64,000 nt of DNA from Octopus sinensis (Eukaryota): NCBI RefSeq assembly GCF_006345805.1, contig NC_042997.1, positions 94,302,001 through 94,366,000 of the forward strand, in the 5' to 3' direction. Position numbers and translations under genes: made by a program. Under the pieces are notes generated by a model. That model made no database searches. It worked only from the letters and a program-made list of their open reading frames with translations, and was not told where the DNA came from. Positions 38,101 through 54,273 of the stretch are shown here, piece after piece; the stretch's first letter is position 1, and each line of letters begins with the position of its first letter.

Positions 38101-38649
38101 TGGAAATACACCTTTTTGAATGAAACTATGAAAGAATTTGCCTATATAATCTCTGGCGTAAGAATTATGTCTTGGAATATTTAGAATAATGATGCAGAGG
38201 ATAATTATCAACAACTAATAAAGAAAAAATTTAGCTGAACGGGAAGAATACTCGATAAGGATGCCAATCAGCCTACACCACTGACGTGAAAAATCAACAA
38301 ACTCGACAGATGGTTCTAACGAACCGATGACAGAGCATAGATGACGTAGCATTTTCTCTGTAAATTACTCATGATTCTGCATACAAGATCACCCACGACT
38401 TTCGTAAAGTATCCACGTGGTGAGTACCAAGAGTGTTTACCGAAGTGCATCACTGCAATCGTGTAGAGATTTTCAACGCTTACTCGACCGATGCAATGAT
38501 GTAGGCCAAGAGTATATATATATATATATATTATATATATATATATATATATATTTGTGCATATATATATGAATATATATATGCATGTATATGTATATGT
38601 ATATATACATGTATATGTATATGTATACAGACACACACACACACACACA

Positions 38650-38680
<31 letters not shown>

Positions 38681-39159
38681 CACACACGCACGAGCGAGTG
38701 GACAAACGAAAGAAACCTCGATACTCAACATGTTTATTAGGAGTTATATGTATTAAGAAAGGTTTGATTCAGTTTCGTGCTACTTCAAGTTGCGCAGGCC
38801 CTTAACGGAGCCCGTCTTAACATACATGCGCACACCGGCACACAAATCCATAAAATAACCGGCCTTACTGCTGCCATATACAGAGACACTGACGCCGCCA
38901 GTTTCTTGTCCAACCACGTAGTCAAAAAAATCCTTTTTGTGATGGAATTAGTGTCGAGGAAAAGTTGAAATTATTCACTACAACACTATGTGACCCCCCT
39001 TAACTAATAGCAGCCTATCTTTCGGTAGCCATTTTGGACTTCCATTTGGCATTCCAGAAACCTGAAGAGGTCGGGTTGCCATTAGCGACTTGCAAAACTT
39101 AATGTAACACGGAAACGAATCAAACGGTTTTGAATAATATATAAATACATACATATATG

Positions 39160-39315
39160 GGTGTATGTGTGAGTCTTTGTATTTGTGTTCGTCCACCAAG
39201 CACTTGACAACCGTTGTTGGTACCAGGTTTTAAGATCTACCGGGATCGAATTGTGCGACTAAAAATTCCAGCATGACTGTAGTCCAATGATTGAAACAAG
39301 TTAAAGATAAAAGAT
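39160..39315 (+). mobile_element. Family A SINE 3' remnant
   Basis: CTTGACAACCGTTGTTGG...CCAGCATGACTGTAGTCCAATGATTGAAACAAGTTAAAGATAAAAGA. Confidence 0.6.
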
Positions 39316-39791
39316 TTATACGTGTGTGCGTGCATGTGTGTGTGTGTGCATGTGTGTGTCTGTGTATGTGCCATGTGTGTGTGTATGTACATGCGTGTGA
39401 GTGTAGATACGTTCCCGATTGTGTGTGTGTGCGTGTATGCAGGTATCTATATTATGTATACACGTACACAAAGACATGTGAGATTGTAAGTATGTTTAAT
39501 AATTGTATGTATGTTGTAAACAGACTAAAAATGTGTGGCTTCGAGCGAATGCCATATAATTACCTCTAGTTCAATCCAACTCTTGTAGTTAGTGACCATT
39601 TGAGTGGTGTTTTAATCTTGCAACCCAGTGGTTTACAAATTCCAATATAAATTATATAAATAAATCGTGGTGGAGATCTCTAGAACTAATACCTTCAGGA
39701 CATTCTTCTATAGATTTTTGCTTTTTAGTGCCAGTCTGTATTACTGAATCTACAAGTTGCTATAGTTGCCATGTGTTAGAATTTATCTTAC

Positions 39792-39918
39792 ATTTCAGTG
39801 GGTGTATCGGAGGTTTTTGCTCAAGACAGTATTTAGCGTGACATGTTAATAAAATAGCTATCAGCTGCACGCAGAGTTTGTCGCCTACAGCGGTAACCTA
39901 TTGCTCCTCCTGGTCCAT
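39792..39918 (-). other. Candidate non-coding (UTR/lncRNA) exon
   Basis: Minus strand CTAATCTTCTTTTATATACAG|ATGGACC...CTGAAAT|GTAAGA; 127 nt; stops in all three frames. Confidence 0.35.
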
Positions 39919-42489
39919 CTGTATATAAAAGAAGATTAGCCTATTGAAATATGTAAGTTACATACTGACAAAGAATACGGGAGATCTACAGAACACAAAA
40001 CAGATTTAATTCGGTTTGCAGATCGATATCACACATTCGTGGTCAGCTGTGGCTGTCACATTAGCACATCGTTGACACATGATATAATGATACTAATTAC
40101 TGCTTGGTAACATACTTTAGAAGTTTGAGATCAATACCTCAGTAAGAGATTTTTTATGACATTTTGACGGAAGATCTCAGTAATATCCGATACGGAAAAT
40201 GTAGCTTGAGATGTTAAACTAAATTAAACACATTTTATCAATTATTTGATGAAACACCTTACTACGCAGCTCCCTCTGGAATCTATTTCGTTTCAATAGA
40301 ATTCCTTATAAAATGTTAAAAATGTACAGGAGGCATTGATTAAGTTGTAAACTGATTTTATTTCCATCAATATGTAACCTTTACGCATTGCTGCTGGAAA
40401 CAGAATGATGTTTAGTTACACAAATTCAACACATGGGCCTTGACAAGTCAGACAACTCTCCAGCTATCGGAGTTGGGAATTAACAAGAAAAAGTCAAATA
40501 TCACTGGAATCAATAGTTTCTTAAAATCAAGTCGAAATCGAAAAGGCTCTTGGGAGAAAAAAAGAAAAGAAATGATTTAAAGAAAATAGTAGAAAACATT
40601 GCACACTTCATATACATGATCATCAAAGTAATACTATTTCTACTTTTCAATTATTTGCTTGGTAGCATTTTTTCAAGAAAACACCGATATTTAGGCGACA
40701 GTTATACGTGATTTTGCTTAGGAAAATATCATTAATTCAATGGTAATGACAGGAAGGTCTTCGCTTTATTCATTCTTGTATAAAATGCTTTCAATTTGGA
40801 ATAGTACTAGCATCAGAGTAATATACATACATTAAACACCGCTGTATCTTTTTATACGATTTCTGTTTATGAAATACGGAATAGAAATTCTGAAACGTAA
40901 GCACTGCTTGTTACAGGAACTTTGATGTTGCTGTTGTGAAGAGGAGCCAAATATGTTGATGGAAAAGACCGAAAACATTTATAAAATACTATTAATTTTC
41001 ATTTTACTTGAGAAATGAGTTGGTAAATCAAGTGACCTTCTCCATGATCGAAATTAACACCTTCTATATATTCCTCTGCTTTACTATCTGCTACCAGTGC
41101 GTCAGAGCTATAAATTTAGTTTCCATTGTAGATTTCTCTTTATAGATATAAGAACATGCAAGACTGGCTTTTATCAATAATTCTAAAAGTTCTTATCGAA
41201 CAAAGGTTATCAGATTTTGCCAGTTTTGTTATTGAAGTTATAGATTATTCTTCTAACGACAAGAGGAAAAGAACGTTTTGAGAAAAAGCAAGGGTGCAGG
41301 TGAATACATAAATTAGTTTACTTCAAAGAGAAATTTCTAATAAGAAGCCAGAAATAGAGAATATACGAAGGAAAAATATCTCGTCGGACAAAAGGCACAC
41401 TTTGAAGGAGACTTTTCACTGCAAGAAACTTTGAAAAAGCAATTGCTTATTCTGTTGATAATATGCCTGTTTTATGACATGTAGAGAGCAGTATTATATT
41501 TGAAATATGTCAGAAGATACATTCGTCTGCATAATTGGGATTAGTTTCTCATTTCTTTTGATATTACTTCTTTCACTGAAGACTGTCTATGGATGCCATG
41601 TCTCAGATTATAGCATCTATTATTTCATTTCTGTTGTTTAAAATACGGTTAAACATAGTAAAATATAATCAAAAATAAGCTGGATTATATGGAAGAAGAG
41701 AAGTCAAGTATTAGATTCTTCAGCTGTCTCAAACAAAACACGTTTAGTCTATAAGGATGGAAAGCATAGTACATTTCATATCTTTTATGAATATATTAAG
41801 CACATCCATCTTCCATACATACATACATACATACATACATACATACATACATACATACATACATACATACATACATACATACTATTATACTTACGTACGT
41901 ACTCACATGCACAAGCACAGTCATATCTACACACATAACGCGAGCGCGAATATATGTAAGCTTTGAATATTTATATTCTAATGTTGATATCAAGAGACAT
42001 TGTTCTCTCTCAGCTGGATCATTTATAAAAACTATGAAAACCACACATTTTATTTTGTGAATAGATCTAAAGGTTTTCACAAACGCGTACAAAATTGTAT
42101 TGTATTGCCATCAATGTTTTTATAATGATTATTATTTTTATCCTTTTCATCGTTGTTACTTTTGTATTCATTGTCCTGTTTACTCTCTGTAGAAGCAACA
42201 CAAAATACATATTTTCCACATCATGCAAAGAGGCGGAGCATAACCTTTATCTAATGAAGTGTCACTCCGTTATATGCAAACAAGCGTATTTCGTAACTTT
42301 TCACACGGAAGACTTAACGAGGAATTTTGTGAGAAAAATTGTGGTATGGAAACCATTGTAACAACTAATAAATTGTTGTATTGGTTCTTCCTCTTTTAGG
42401 TTTATACATATATAAACAGATGTAGGCGTTTGTTTACATGGATTTATGTGCAGTACACATACACATATACATACATATATATATATATG

Positions 42490-42692
42490 TGACCGCGTGT
42501 GTACCGTTGGCGATTTTTTCCCCTCTGTCTTCCTTTCTCTGGACCTTTCCTTCTCCTATGTTTCCGACGAAGAGCTCCGCTCGAAACCTTAAATCCTCCT
42601 TCATTCCTTCTTTCCTGAGCGTCCAAGAATACTATATTTGTTCCACGTTCTCGCGTTGTTGTGCTTTTTTGTGCTTACTTGTTTGGATTAAA
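42490..42692 (+). mobile_element. About 200-bp element in (TA)n with a degenerate minimal hammerhead (core 42564-42591)
   Basis: TTT-CCGACGA-A-GAGC-TCC-GCTC-GAAA-CC-TT-AAA; two deviations from CTGACGA...GAAACGTT; TA microsatellite on both sides. Confidence 0.6.
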
Positions 42693-42701
42693 TATATATA
42701 T

Positions 42702-42764
<63 letters not shown>

Positions 42765-43030
42765 CGTATAGGTGTGTGTGTTGAATTATATGAGACAACA
42801 ATTGTCCTAGAAATTTCACACTGCCTTGACTTTGTCGTCATCTTATTCAACATATACACCCCGATACACGACCTGACTTAGAGTCCTCACTCATATTATT
42901 ACCGAACCGGAAGTCTAAAAGCAGTCCTTACGTAGCACTTACATAGCTTTACCTGCCTTTTGGGTCCTCTGGATACTAAAACTTCTCATATATAAATATG
43001 TATATATATATATGTATATATGTATATATG

Positions 43031-43105
<75 letters not shown>

Positions 43106-43109
43106 ATAT

Positions 43110-43153
<44 letters not shown>

Positions 43154-44099
43154 GTATTTATATATACAGAGAGAGAGGGAGAAAAGGGAGAGAAAGAGAG
43201 TGAGAGACCGAGTAGTATAAAGGTTTAATTAACATATATACTACTAAAACCTATTGAGTAATTCTTCAAATCAATGCTAAATTGTTTTTATGTATAGTTT
43301 AACACACACACACACACACACACACAAATACACACACATATATTCTTGCACGCATATGTGATAAACGCAGGAAATAAGTTATTAGCTGCATTTATAAATA
43401 ATCCCTTTGTTTCAGAATTGAAGATATTGTTGGTTACCCTTGGCTCGCTGGTTTGATATGCCCCGCTCATGTTTCCCTGCTGTTAATTATTTTCCATAGA
43501 ATGCGTTATATTTCTAATCGAATTCCAATGTTTTGCGCTGTTTCCTTTTGTAGTATTTTAAACTCTGCTTCAATATACATTAAGCTGTTGCTTTTGTGGC
43601 ATTTTGTTATTCTTAGTTTTTGATTTAATTACAGTCACAGAACATCGAGATTCAGCAGGAGTTTTTTCGAGTTCAATTAAAATCTGATACAATCATTCTT
43701 TTTTTAAAATAGCGTTAGGTAAAACTTACTCAAATATTAACTATTTGTTGCCGGCCTCTATTTGCACTACGCTTCACATGTTACTTTTACACACAACAGT
43801 TGGATATTAGCTTTCAGACTGTTTGATATATGGACTGTAAGCGTTATCTTGGTTTCGTAGTCAATTATAACTATTGTGACTATAATTATTATTTTTATTG
43901 ATTTATTTTGTCTGCATAACCAAGCGAAGCCTTGTAGTTCTTGTAAATGTAAAACTTTTTGCTTTATTCCAATGTTTTATGGTTATAACTGAAAGCACAC
44001 GAATAATGACAGTGATGATGGTGATGATGATAATGATGTTGATAATGGTGACTACAACAACAAGAACAACAAAAATAATGATTGCAATAATAATGGCTT

Positions 44100-44310
44100 C
44101 CTTTTTTGTCACAAGGGCAGTAATTTTTTTTTGGCGGGGGGGATGTCGATGACATCGATCTCAGTACTCAACTGGTACTTAATTTATCGACCCCGAAAGG
44201 ATGAAATGTAAAGTTAACATCGGCGGAATTTGAACTCAGAATGAAGCGACAGGCGAAATACTGCTAATCATTTCCCCCGGCATGCTAGCGATTCTGCCAG
44301 CTCGCCATCT
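44100..44310 (-). mobile_element. Nin-domain SINE (family C)
   Basis: GGTACTTAATTTATCGACCCCGAAAGGATGAAA...GGCGGAATTTGAACTCAGAA...TTCTGCCAGCTCGCC. Confidence 0.88.
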
Positions 44311-44312
44311 TA

Positions 44313-44356
<44 letters not shown>

Positions 44357-44899
44357 AATAATAATAATAATAATATAATAATAATAATAATAATAATAAT
44401 GATAATAAATTCGGAGCAGTGTCTTATCGCCCCGAAATCTATTAAAAACATCGGGAATAAAGACAACAAATGAAGACTAAAATAACTGACAGTGTTGGAC
44501 TATATCCGAGTAATACTCATTAAAATTTATTCCTATTTTCTGAATGAAACGATGTATTTTAACTATGTGTCACCTCTGTCACTCGCAAAACACATGTAAA
44601 CACACTCACCACCTTAATGAAGCGCTGGACTACACGCGAGTAAGTAATACTTATTAAAAATGTTGGACTATATCAGAGTAAGTACGTATTTGACTATATC
44701 CGATTAAGTACACATCACAAAAACGTAAGTACGTAAACTAATTAATTACGTATACCCCCTAGTTTTACATGAACACATTGGAGTGACAATGAAAGAAACA
44801 AAATATTGTGAATAACGGTGGTAATGAAACTGAAGCCCTTGGTAGTGACAGTGTTGTACCAGGTAGGCTCAGAGATATTGGTTTGACTCCAGCCTGTCG

Positions 44900-47800
44900 T
44901 TATCTAGTATTGGACCAGCACACACGGTGTAGATGGAACACACAAGTCAATTCTGTGGTCATGTTGTGTTACTATTTGACCAAACCTGTAGACGAAAATT
45001 ATGCTCATATTAGGGTATACAGACAATGTATGTATGATCAATGGAGAGAAAGAGGACTATTTCAATTCACGGAACAGAAATTATGAGATAAAGTTTGGGC
45101 ACTAAGAAAAAAATCGGTGGTTCACAGAATAAGGGCTCGAAGCTATCAAAAGACGAGTATTGGAAAACTGCAGCAGAGGAAACGATGTAAATACAGTTCT
45201 TACACATAAAAGTAATCTCATAGCAGAAAACAGAGGTGAGATCTCTAATAAACCACAGAAAAGGAACAGGATAGCTTGCACTATGAGAGACATGTATATG
45301 ATCTGGAAGAAGACAATAAAACTAATGGTGACATGACAGTTTGGCAAAGGCAATCTACGACAGAATACAGGAAAGGCTAAAGGAGAACGATAACGACATT
45401 ACTTGCAATCTTAAAAAGGTTGATTGATTTGTGGAAATTGAAACAAGAAACGAAAAATGTGAATGAAATTCTGAAAATGTGCGTGTTGATGTCAAGATAA
45501 AGAAATATAATGGGCGTGACATAAGAAAAGATCCATGGTAGAAAAGAAGAATGCAGGCGTGGTTAGATATGCACTCGAAGGACATTTCTGTGTCAGACAG
45601 AAAAGAGAAGGGGGAGCTTAAAATCGAACAAAAATACAGGGCACTGTGTGATGTTGAAAGAAAGGGCCTGAAAGTGGTAATGGCGGAACTGAAACAGCGC
45701 CTCGTTTTAAAGAAAGCAAAGATTGTAAGATACAATCAAAGAATGAAGGGATGCCAGCAGAATAGGTTATTCAGAGTAGATAAGAAGAGATTCTACAAAG
45801 AAATAAATGGAGGGTATACAGATGAAAAGTTGATACCAGATAACATTGAAAGTCAAAGCTTCTGAAGTGACATCTGGAGCAAAGACGAGCACAAGAAGGA
45901 TGATGAATGGTTAATTGCAAAAGCTGAAATAAACACTAATGTGTCAACAACAGGCAGAGCTAGTCATTTCAGCTACGGAAGTGAAGGGAATGAGCCCCCC
46001 CCCCAAAAAAAAGAAAAAACAAAAGAAAAAAATTGGCAACTGGAAGGCCCCGGACCAGATGGAGTTCTAGGCTACTGAATCAAAAGATTTGCTGAATGTC
46101 ATGCACGAATAGCAACACCTTGCAAAATGCCGACCAAGTAACACGAGAGTGGTTGACAATGGGTAAGACAGTGCTGTGATTAAAAACATCGAAAAAGGCA
46201 ATACGGTAGACAATTACAGGCCGATATCGTGCTTGCCACTTATGTGGAAATTATTAACTGGAATAGTCGAAGAGTCAATGTACAGACATCTGGAAAAAAA
46301 TGGAGTCATGCCACATGAGCAGAAGCGGTGCAAACGTAAGTGCAGAGGTATCAAGGATGAACTCCTGCTAGACAAAACTGTTGACAAGAGGAGGAAAACT
46401 AACTTAGCTTTGTCATGAATAGATTACCGTAAGGCATACAATATGATCACACATTCTTGGATTATGGAATGTATGAACCTACTTGGTATTGCATCGAATG
46501 TTGAGCGATTGCTTGGTAAAAGTATGGCGAAGTGGACAACGGAATTGACAGCATATAGAAGAAGTTTAGGAATAATAGAAATCAGGAGAGGCATCTTCCA
46601 AGTGGACTGCCTGTCCCCACTGATCTTTGTACTGTACAAAATACCACTAACACTGATTTTGAGAAAAGTAAAGGCTGGGTATGTATTCAAGAGCAGTCAA
46701 CAAAAAGTGAACCACTTGTTATTCATGGATGACCTCAAACGTTATGGTAAAAATGAATCCCAAGTCAGTTCTCTCGTTGATACGGTGTATACTTTCAGTG
46801 CTGATATCAGAATGGAGTTCGGACTGAAAAAGTGTGGTGTGTTAGTCTTGAAGAGAGGCAAAATTAAAAGTATGGACGGGCTAGCAAAACTGTCGGTGGG
46901 AGTTATGAAGCAGATAGAAGAGACGGACTACAAGTACATGGAGATTTTAGGAATGATGGAGAAAGAAATGACAGAAAAATTTGAGTACATGCGCAGACTA
47001 AGACTGATTCTTAAGTTGAAATTAAAGGGACGGAATAAGATTGAAGCTATCAACATGGAGAGTACATGGTGTATCTGTGTCGCCCGTCTGCAGGGATGGT
47101 CGGGCGAGGTTTGCTTCCACTGCTACAGCTGTTGGTACCATTATGGGGGTGGGATTCTTCTGTTGAAAATGTCTTAATGGCCGTTGCTGCATTGATTGTT
47201 GTTGCAGTTTTTGGCCTTCTTGTGGTACTTCTTGTGGTAGCAGAGCCACTATGTGGGCGGAGGTCGTTCAAATGTATGTTATACCCACAAGTGTGGCACC
47301 TTAGCTTACTACCTTCCATCACGACTTGGAGTTGTGCTCCGCTGGGCAGCTGCACAAGGTAGGGGACCTTGTCCAAGGATTCCGGTTTTACGTAGATCAA
47401 AATCTCAAACTCGATTCCGGACCAGTTCTCCTTCCGATATTTTTCAATTTCTAGAAGCGATTCTGGGCCTTCAACCATAGCACACGCAACCAACCACCAA
47501 ATGTCTAATTTTGGTGGCACATCTCATATTTTAACTTCCACCACATTCTGTCTAAGGTAGGAAAGAGAAGAAGATCCTCGTGTTTGCACTGGACCATTGA
47601 GTGTTTCTGTTTCAGTGCCTCTGTGAAGAACCTCAATTCCACAGAACCATATTATCTTCCACGTGTGAGGAAATCAATATCAATCAAAACACCCTTCAAG
47701 CATTTTCCTACTTGAAATTTTTTTCTCGTCTTTAGCGACACACATTTGTGTACGATGGTCCTTCTAGCCGTCTTCTTCATCAAATCTGAAGGGATAGCAA

Positions 47801-48820
47801 GCTTGGTTTGCCTAACCCCTCTATGGAGGATTTTTTCTGCTTCACTCAGGTACGTATGCTTTCCTTCCAAAGAGATTTGCTCCTGCAATTTTGTTACTCC
47901 TGCATAGGAGTTGTTTTTATTGTTGATGTTATTGTTGGTGTTGATTATATCGTTTTTGCTGCTGTTGTTGTTTCTGTCGTAGTGGGTGTTACTCGGAGCC
48001 AAAGCGACGCTATTGTTTGTGGTGATGTTCATATCGTTGACTGAAGTATCCCAGCTACTTGCTAACGGGGGCAATCATTTATATTGTAGCTGTACTTCTT
48101 ATTTTTCTCTCCCATCAAAGCTTTACAGTCATTGCTGCTGCTGTTACTGCTTGCGATGCTGTTGTTCTTCGTAGTGGTTGTGGCCGGGGTAATGGTGGCG
48201 GAGTTGTGGTTTGTGATTGGGATGGTCATCTTGTTTTGTCTGCTTGCTTGTCTATTAGTCACGCCAACAGGCGAAGAACTGTCATTCTCTCTCATTTTTG
48301 TGGCAATACACTCTTATGTCTCGCCGCCTCCCTCATCTACGACTGAAACTCCCAGAACTATTCGTGGCTGCTATTTAGCAAATTTCTAAATTTTTCCACG
48401 TGGAATATAAAATATATAAATTTGACAAGTTCTCCAGGAAATAGTGGGACTTTTAACACAAAAGGAGCTCACCAGCAGAAGAAGGATCCCTTATTCTCCA
48501 CTCTGGTTGAAAATGACAGGAAAAGACCGCTATTTTCCGGAGAAAACTGACGATTTTCGAAAACGAAAAATACAATGTCGAGTTCAAGTGTGGTTTCTTC
48601 GGTTGACGGCCTGGGAGTATCAGCACTCAACTACCAACATGGCTGAAAAGGATCGGCAGGTATGAAGGTAGGACACTTGCAAAAGTCAACATTGCTTGGA
48701 ACTGCAAGAATTCTTCGCAGGGTTCTTGAAACATGATCAGTAAACAAGTGTCACCTTAGTCTGCTGGCTGTGGAAAGCTGACACTTTCCATCATACCCGA
48801 CACAATAAGCTGTGAGTTTT
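44900..48820 (+). mobile_element. Decayed R4/Dong-type non-LTR retrotransposon, interrupted at about 47055-48580
   Basis: WKAPGPDG; [16 protein letters not shown]; IDYRKAY; GIFQVDCLSPLIF; HLLFMDDLK; FGLKKC; after the interruption LQKSTLLGTARILRRVLET* and a 3' UTR ending in (TAT)/(TAA)n. Confidence 0.88.
47056..48340 (-). mobile_element. Tx1/L1-type ORF1 (gag-like) fragment
   Basis: SYAGV motif after a low-complexity N-terminus; ...LQVVMEGSKLRCHTCGYNIHL degenerate CCHC knuckle; broken ORFs 47652-48074 and 47050-47520. Confidence 0.6.
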
Positions 48821-48821
48821 C

Positions 48822-51834
<3,013 letters not shown>

Positions 51835-51900
51835 TTAATAATAAACATAACAATAATAATGATAATAATAATAATGATGATGATGATGATGATGATGATG

Positions 51901-51959
<59 letters not shown>

Positions 51960-52089
51960 GATTGCATTTATTTCCCACAAGGGCGAAGGATGAGGGGGTA
52001 GAATACAAAGACATATAAAATGTGGTGGCTTAAATATAATAAAATAATAAAAATTAAATGTTATAAAATAATAAAATAATAAAATCTCC

Positions 52090-52290
52090 ACAGGTTTCTT
52101 GAGGCATGATCAGCAAATATGTGAATTAAATCTGCTGGTTATTGACAGATAACTCTTTCCATCATACGCAACGAAATGGGCTGATAGGTTTCATCTACTA
52201 CTACTATACTACTACTACTACTACTACTACTATTACTACTACTATTACTACTGCTACTACCGCTGCTGCTGCCGCCGCTTATACTACTGC
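52090..52290 (+). mobile_element. R4/Dong 3' end fragment with (TAC)n tail
   Basis: AGGTTTCTTGAGGCATGATCAGCAAATATGTG...CTTTCCATCATAC...GGTTTCATCTACTAC aligns to 48718-48825. Confidence 0.75.
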
Positions 52291-52505
52291 TGGTTTCACA
52301 TTATGCCATAGGGCCAGCAATTTCAGGGGCAGGAGTAAGTCGGTTACTTTGACCCCAGAGTTCAAATGTCACTTACTTTATCGACCCCCAAAGGATGAAA
52401 TGCAAAGTCAACGTGGGTGAAATTTGAACCCAGAACTTAAAAAACAGACGAAATACCACCAATTATTTTGCCCAGCATGCTAACAATTCTATTAGCTCGC
52501 CGCCT
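52290..52505 (-). mobile_element. Nin-domain SINE (family C)
   Basis: TTTATCGACCCCCAAAGGATGAAATGCAAAGTC...AATTTGAACCCAGAAC...AGCTCGCCGCCTT. Confidence 0.82.
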
Positions 52506-52792
52506 TAGTAGTAATTGTAATAGTGATAGCGTTTTTTTTTATATATAAATGATAGCAACGATTGTGTTATATAACTAAAAGGCCGGGAATTTTAGAATAA
52601 GGAAAACGTGAATTATGCCTGTTTGTTTCATTATTTCATTTGTATTTATTTTATCTAGTACAGAGTATTGAAAGGCAAACATCGCTAATTGAGAGATGCT
52701 AATTATATTACGTCATCCGAATGAGCCACGGAAACGTCACTCACACATTGAGTGCGATTCACTTATCTTACACACCCACGCACACACACATA

Positions 52793-53066
52793 CGAGGTCT
52801 GATCAATAAGTATCCGGATTGGTGCTATAAAAGCAAAGCTACAACGCGTAGCAATTTGGCATTTAATCTCCTTCAGAGTAGTCCCCTTGGGAAGCCACAC
52901 TCTTAATCCGGTGCTGTTTCCATTGATGGAGGCATTCCTGGAACTTGTTTTCCGGGATAATCAATAGCTGCCTCGTCACATTCTTCCTTTCAAGCGGGAT
53001 ATGATTTTTAGAAAGGGGAAAAAGTCGCAAAGGGCAAGATCTGGGGAATGTGGTGGCAGCAGTAGC

Positions 53067-53123
<57 letters not shown>

Positions 53124-54273
53124 TGCAGCAGCAGCTGTAGTGGTAGTAGTAATAGTAGTGGTAGTAGTTGCAGCAGCATCAGCGGCGGCAGCAGCAGCAG
53201 TAGCAGCAGCAGCAGTAGCAGCAGCAGCAGTAATAGTAGTAGTAGTAGTAGATGAAACCTCTCAGCCTATTTTGTTGGGTATGATGGAAAGTGTTAGCTG
53301 TCCACACCTAGCAGATTAAGGTGACATATTTGCAGATTAAAAACTGATGCACAAGCTGCACTGAATGGGTAGGTGAGTTGTCATGGTGCAACTGACACTC
53401 ACCAGACGCATGCAATTGTGGCCTTTTTCGACGAATACCTCCCTCAAATGTCGCAAAGTCGTCACGGTAGTACTCCTTGTTTACTGTCGGGCCAGGTGGA
53501 GCGTACTCATGATGAACAATTCTCTTGTAGTCGAAGAAAACCATCAACAGTGTATTCACATTCCTTTGATTCATTCGAGCTTTCTTTGGTCTCGGAGAGG
53601 TTGGGGTCTTCCACTGCGAAGACTGAGCCCTTGTTTCGGGGTCATAGCCATAGACCCACTTTTATGACTGTTTTCATCGTTCTCCATACAATTGAGGAGA
53701 TCTGGTGCAACTGAAACCTGAGTGTCTTGGTTAGCTGAAAGTAGTTTCGGCATAAACTTGGCTGACCTGCATTCTCATACCTAAATATTCACTGATAATG
53801 GACTGAACTGAAACCGTAACTAATCTGCACATCCACCGACAATACACGGATGATGATTCGACGATTTCGCGCTACATCTGCGATGTTTTTTTTCAGTTCT
53901 ACTGGTAGCGGGTCTCTCAGAACATTCGTTCCTATCAACATGTTTTCGTCCAACTTGGAAACGTCTGAACCACTTGTACACTCGTGTGCAGCTCATACAC
54001 TACTCTCCATACACTTTCTGCAACTTTGTGTAAGCCTCTCAGCAGGTATTACCAAGCTTATTGCAACTTTTTCTGTCATGGTCAGTGCGACGCTCACACG
54101 CTACACACGTTCCTTCCAAGTACTGCTGTAAACAGCAAAAGTGAGCTAGAATGTTAAAACTTAGGGCGCATGCACGAAATGTTTCAAGGTCAATGCGTGC
54201 CAAGTGACTTTACTCTGCGTGCTTTAGCTTCGTTACTATGGCAACAGACTGGATACACATTGATCAGATCACG
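52793..54273 (-). mobile_element. mariner DNA transposon, full-length but decayed
   Basis: Imperfect TIRs CGAGGTCTGATCAATAAGTATCCGG / CTGGATACACATTGATCAGATCACG with TA on both sides; transposase remnants VFFDYKRIVHHEYAPPGPTVNKEYY, LHHDNSPTH, PPHSPDLALCDFF. Confidence 0.93.
53056..53333 (-). mobile_element. R4/Dong 3' UTR fragment with long (CTA)/(CTG)n tail nested in mariner
   Basis: Reverse complement GCAAATATGTCACCTTAATCTGCTAGGTGTGGACAGCTAACACTTTCCATCATACCC...GGTTTCATCTACTAC matches 48740-48825 and 52113-52200. Confidence 0.85.

Noticed and set aside
39055-39110. CTGAAGA followed by a GGTCG/CGACT stem
   Set aside because: Followed by GCAAAA rather than GAAA, and no stem I or III partner.
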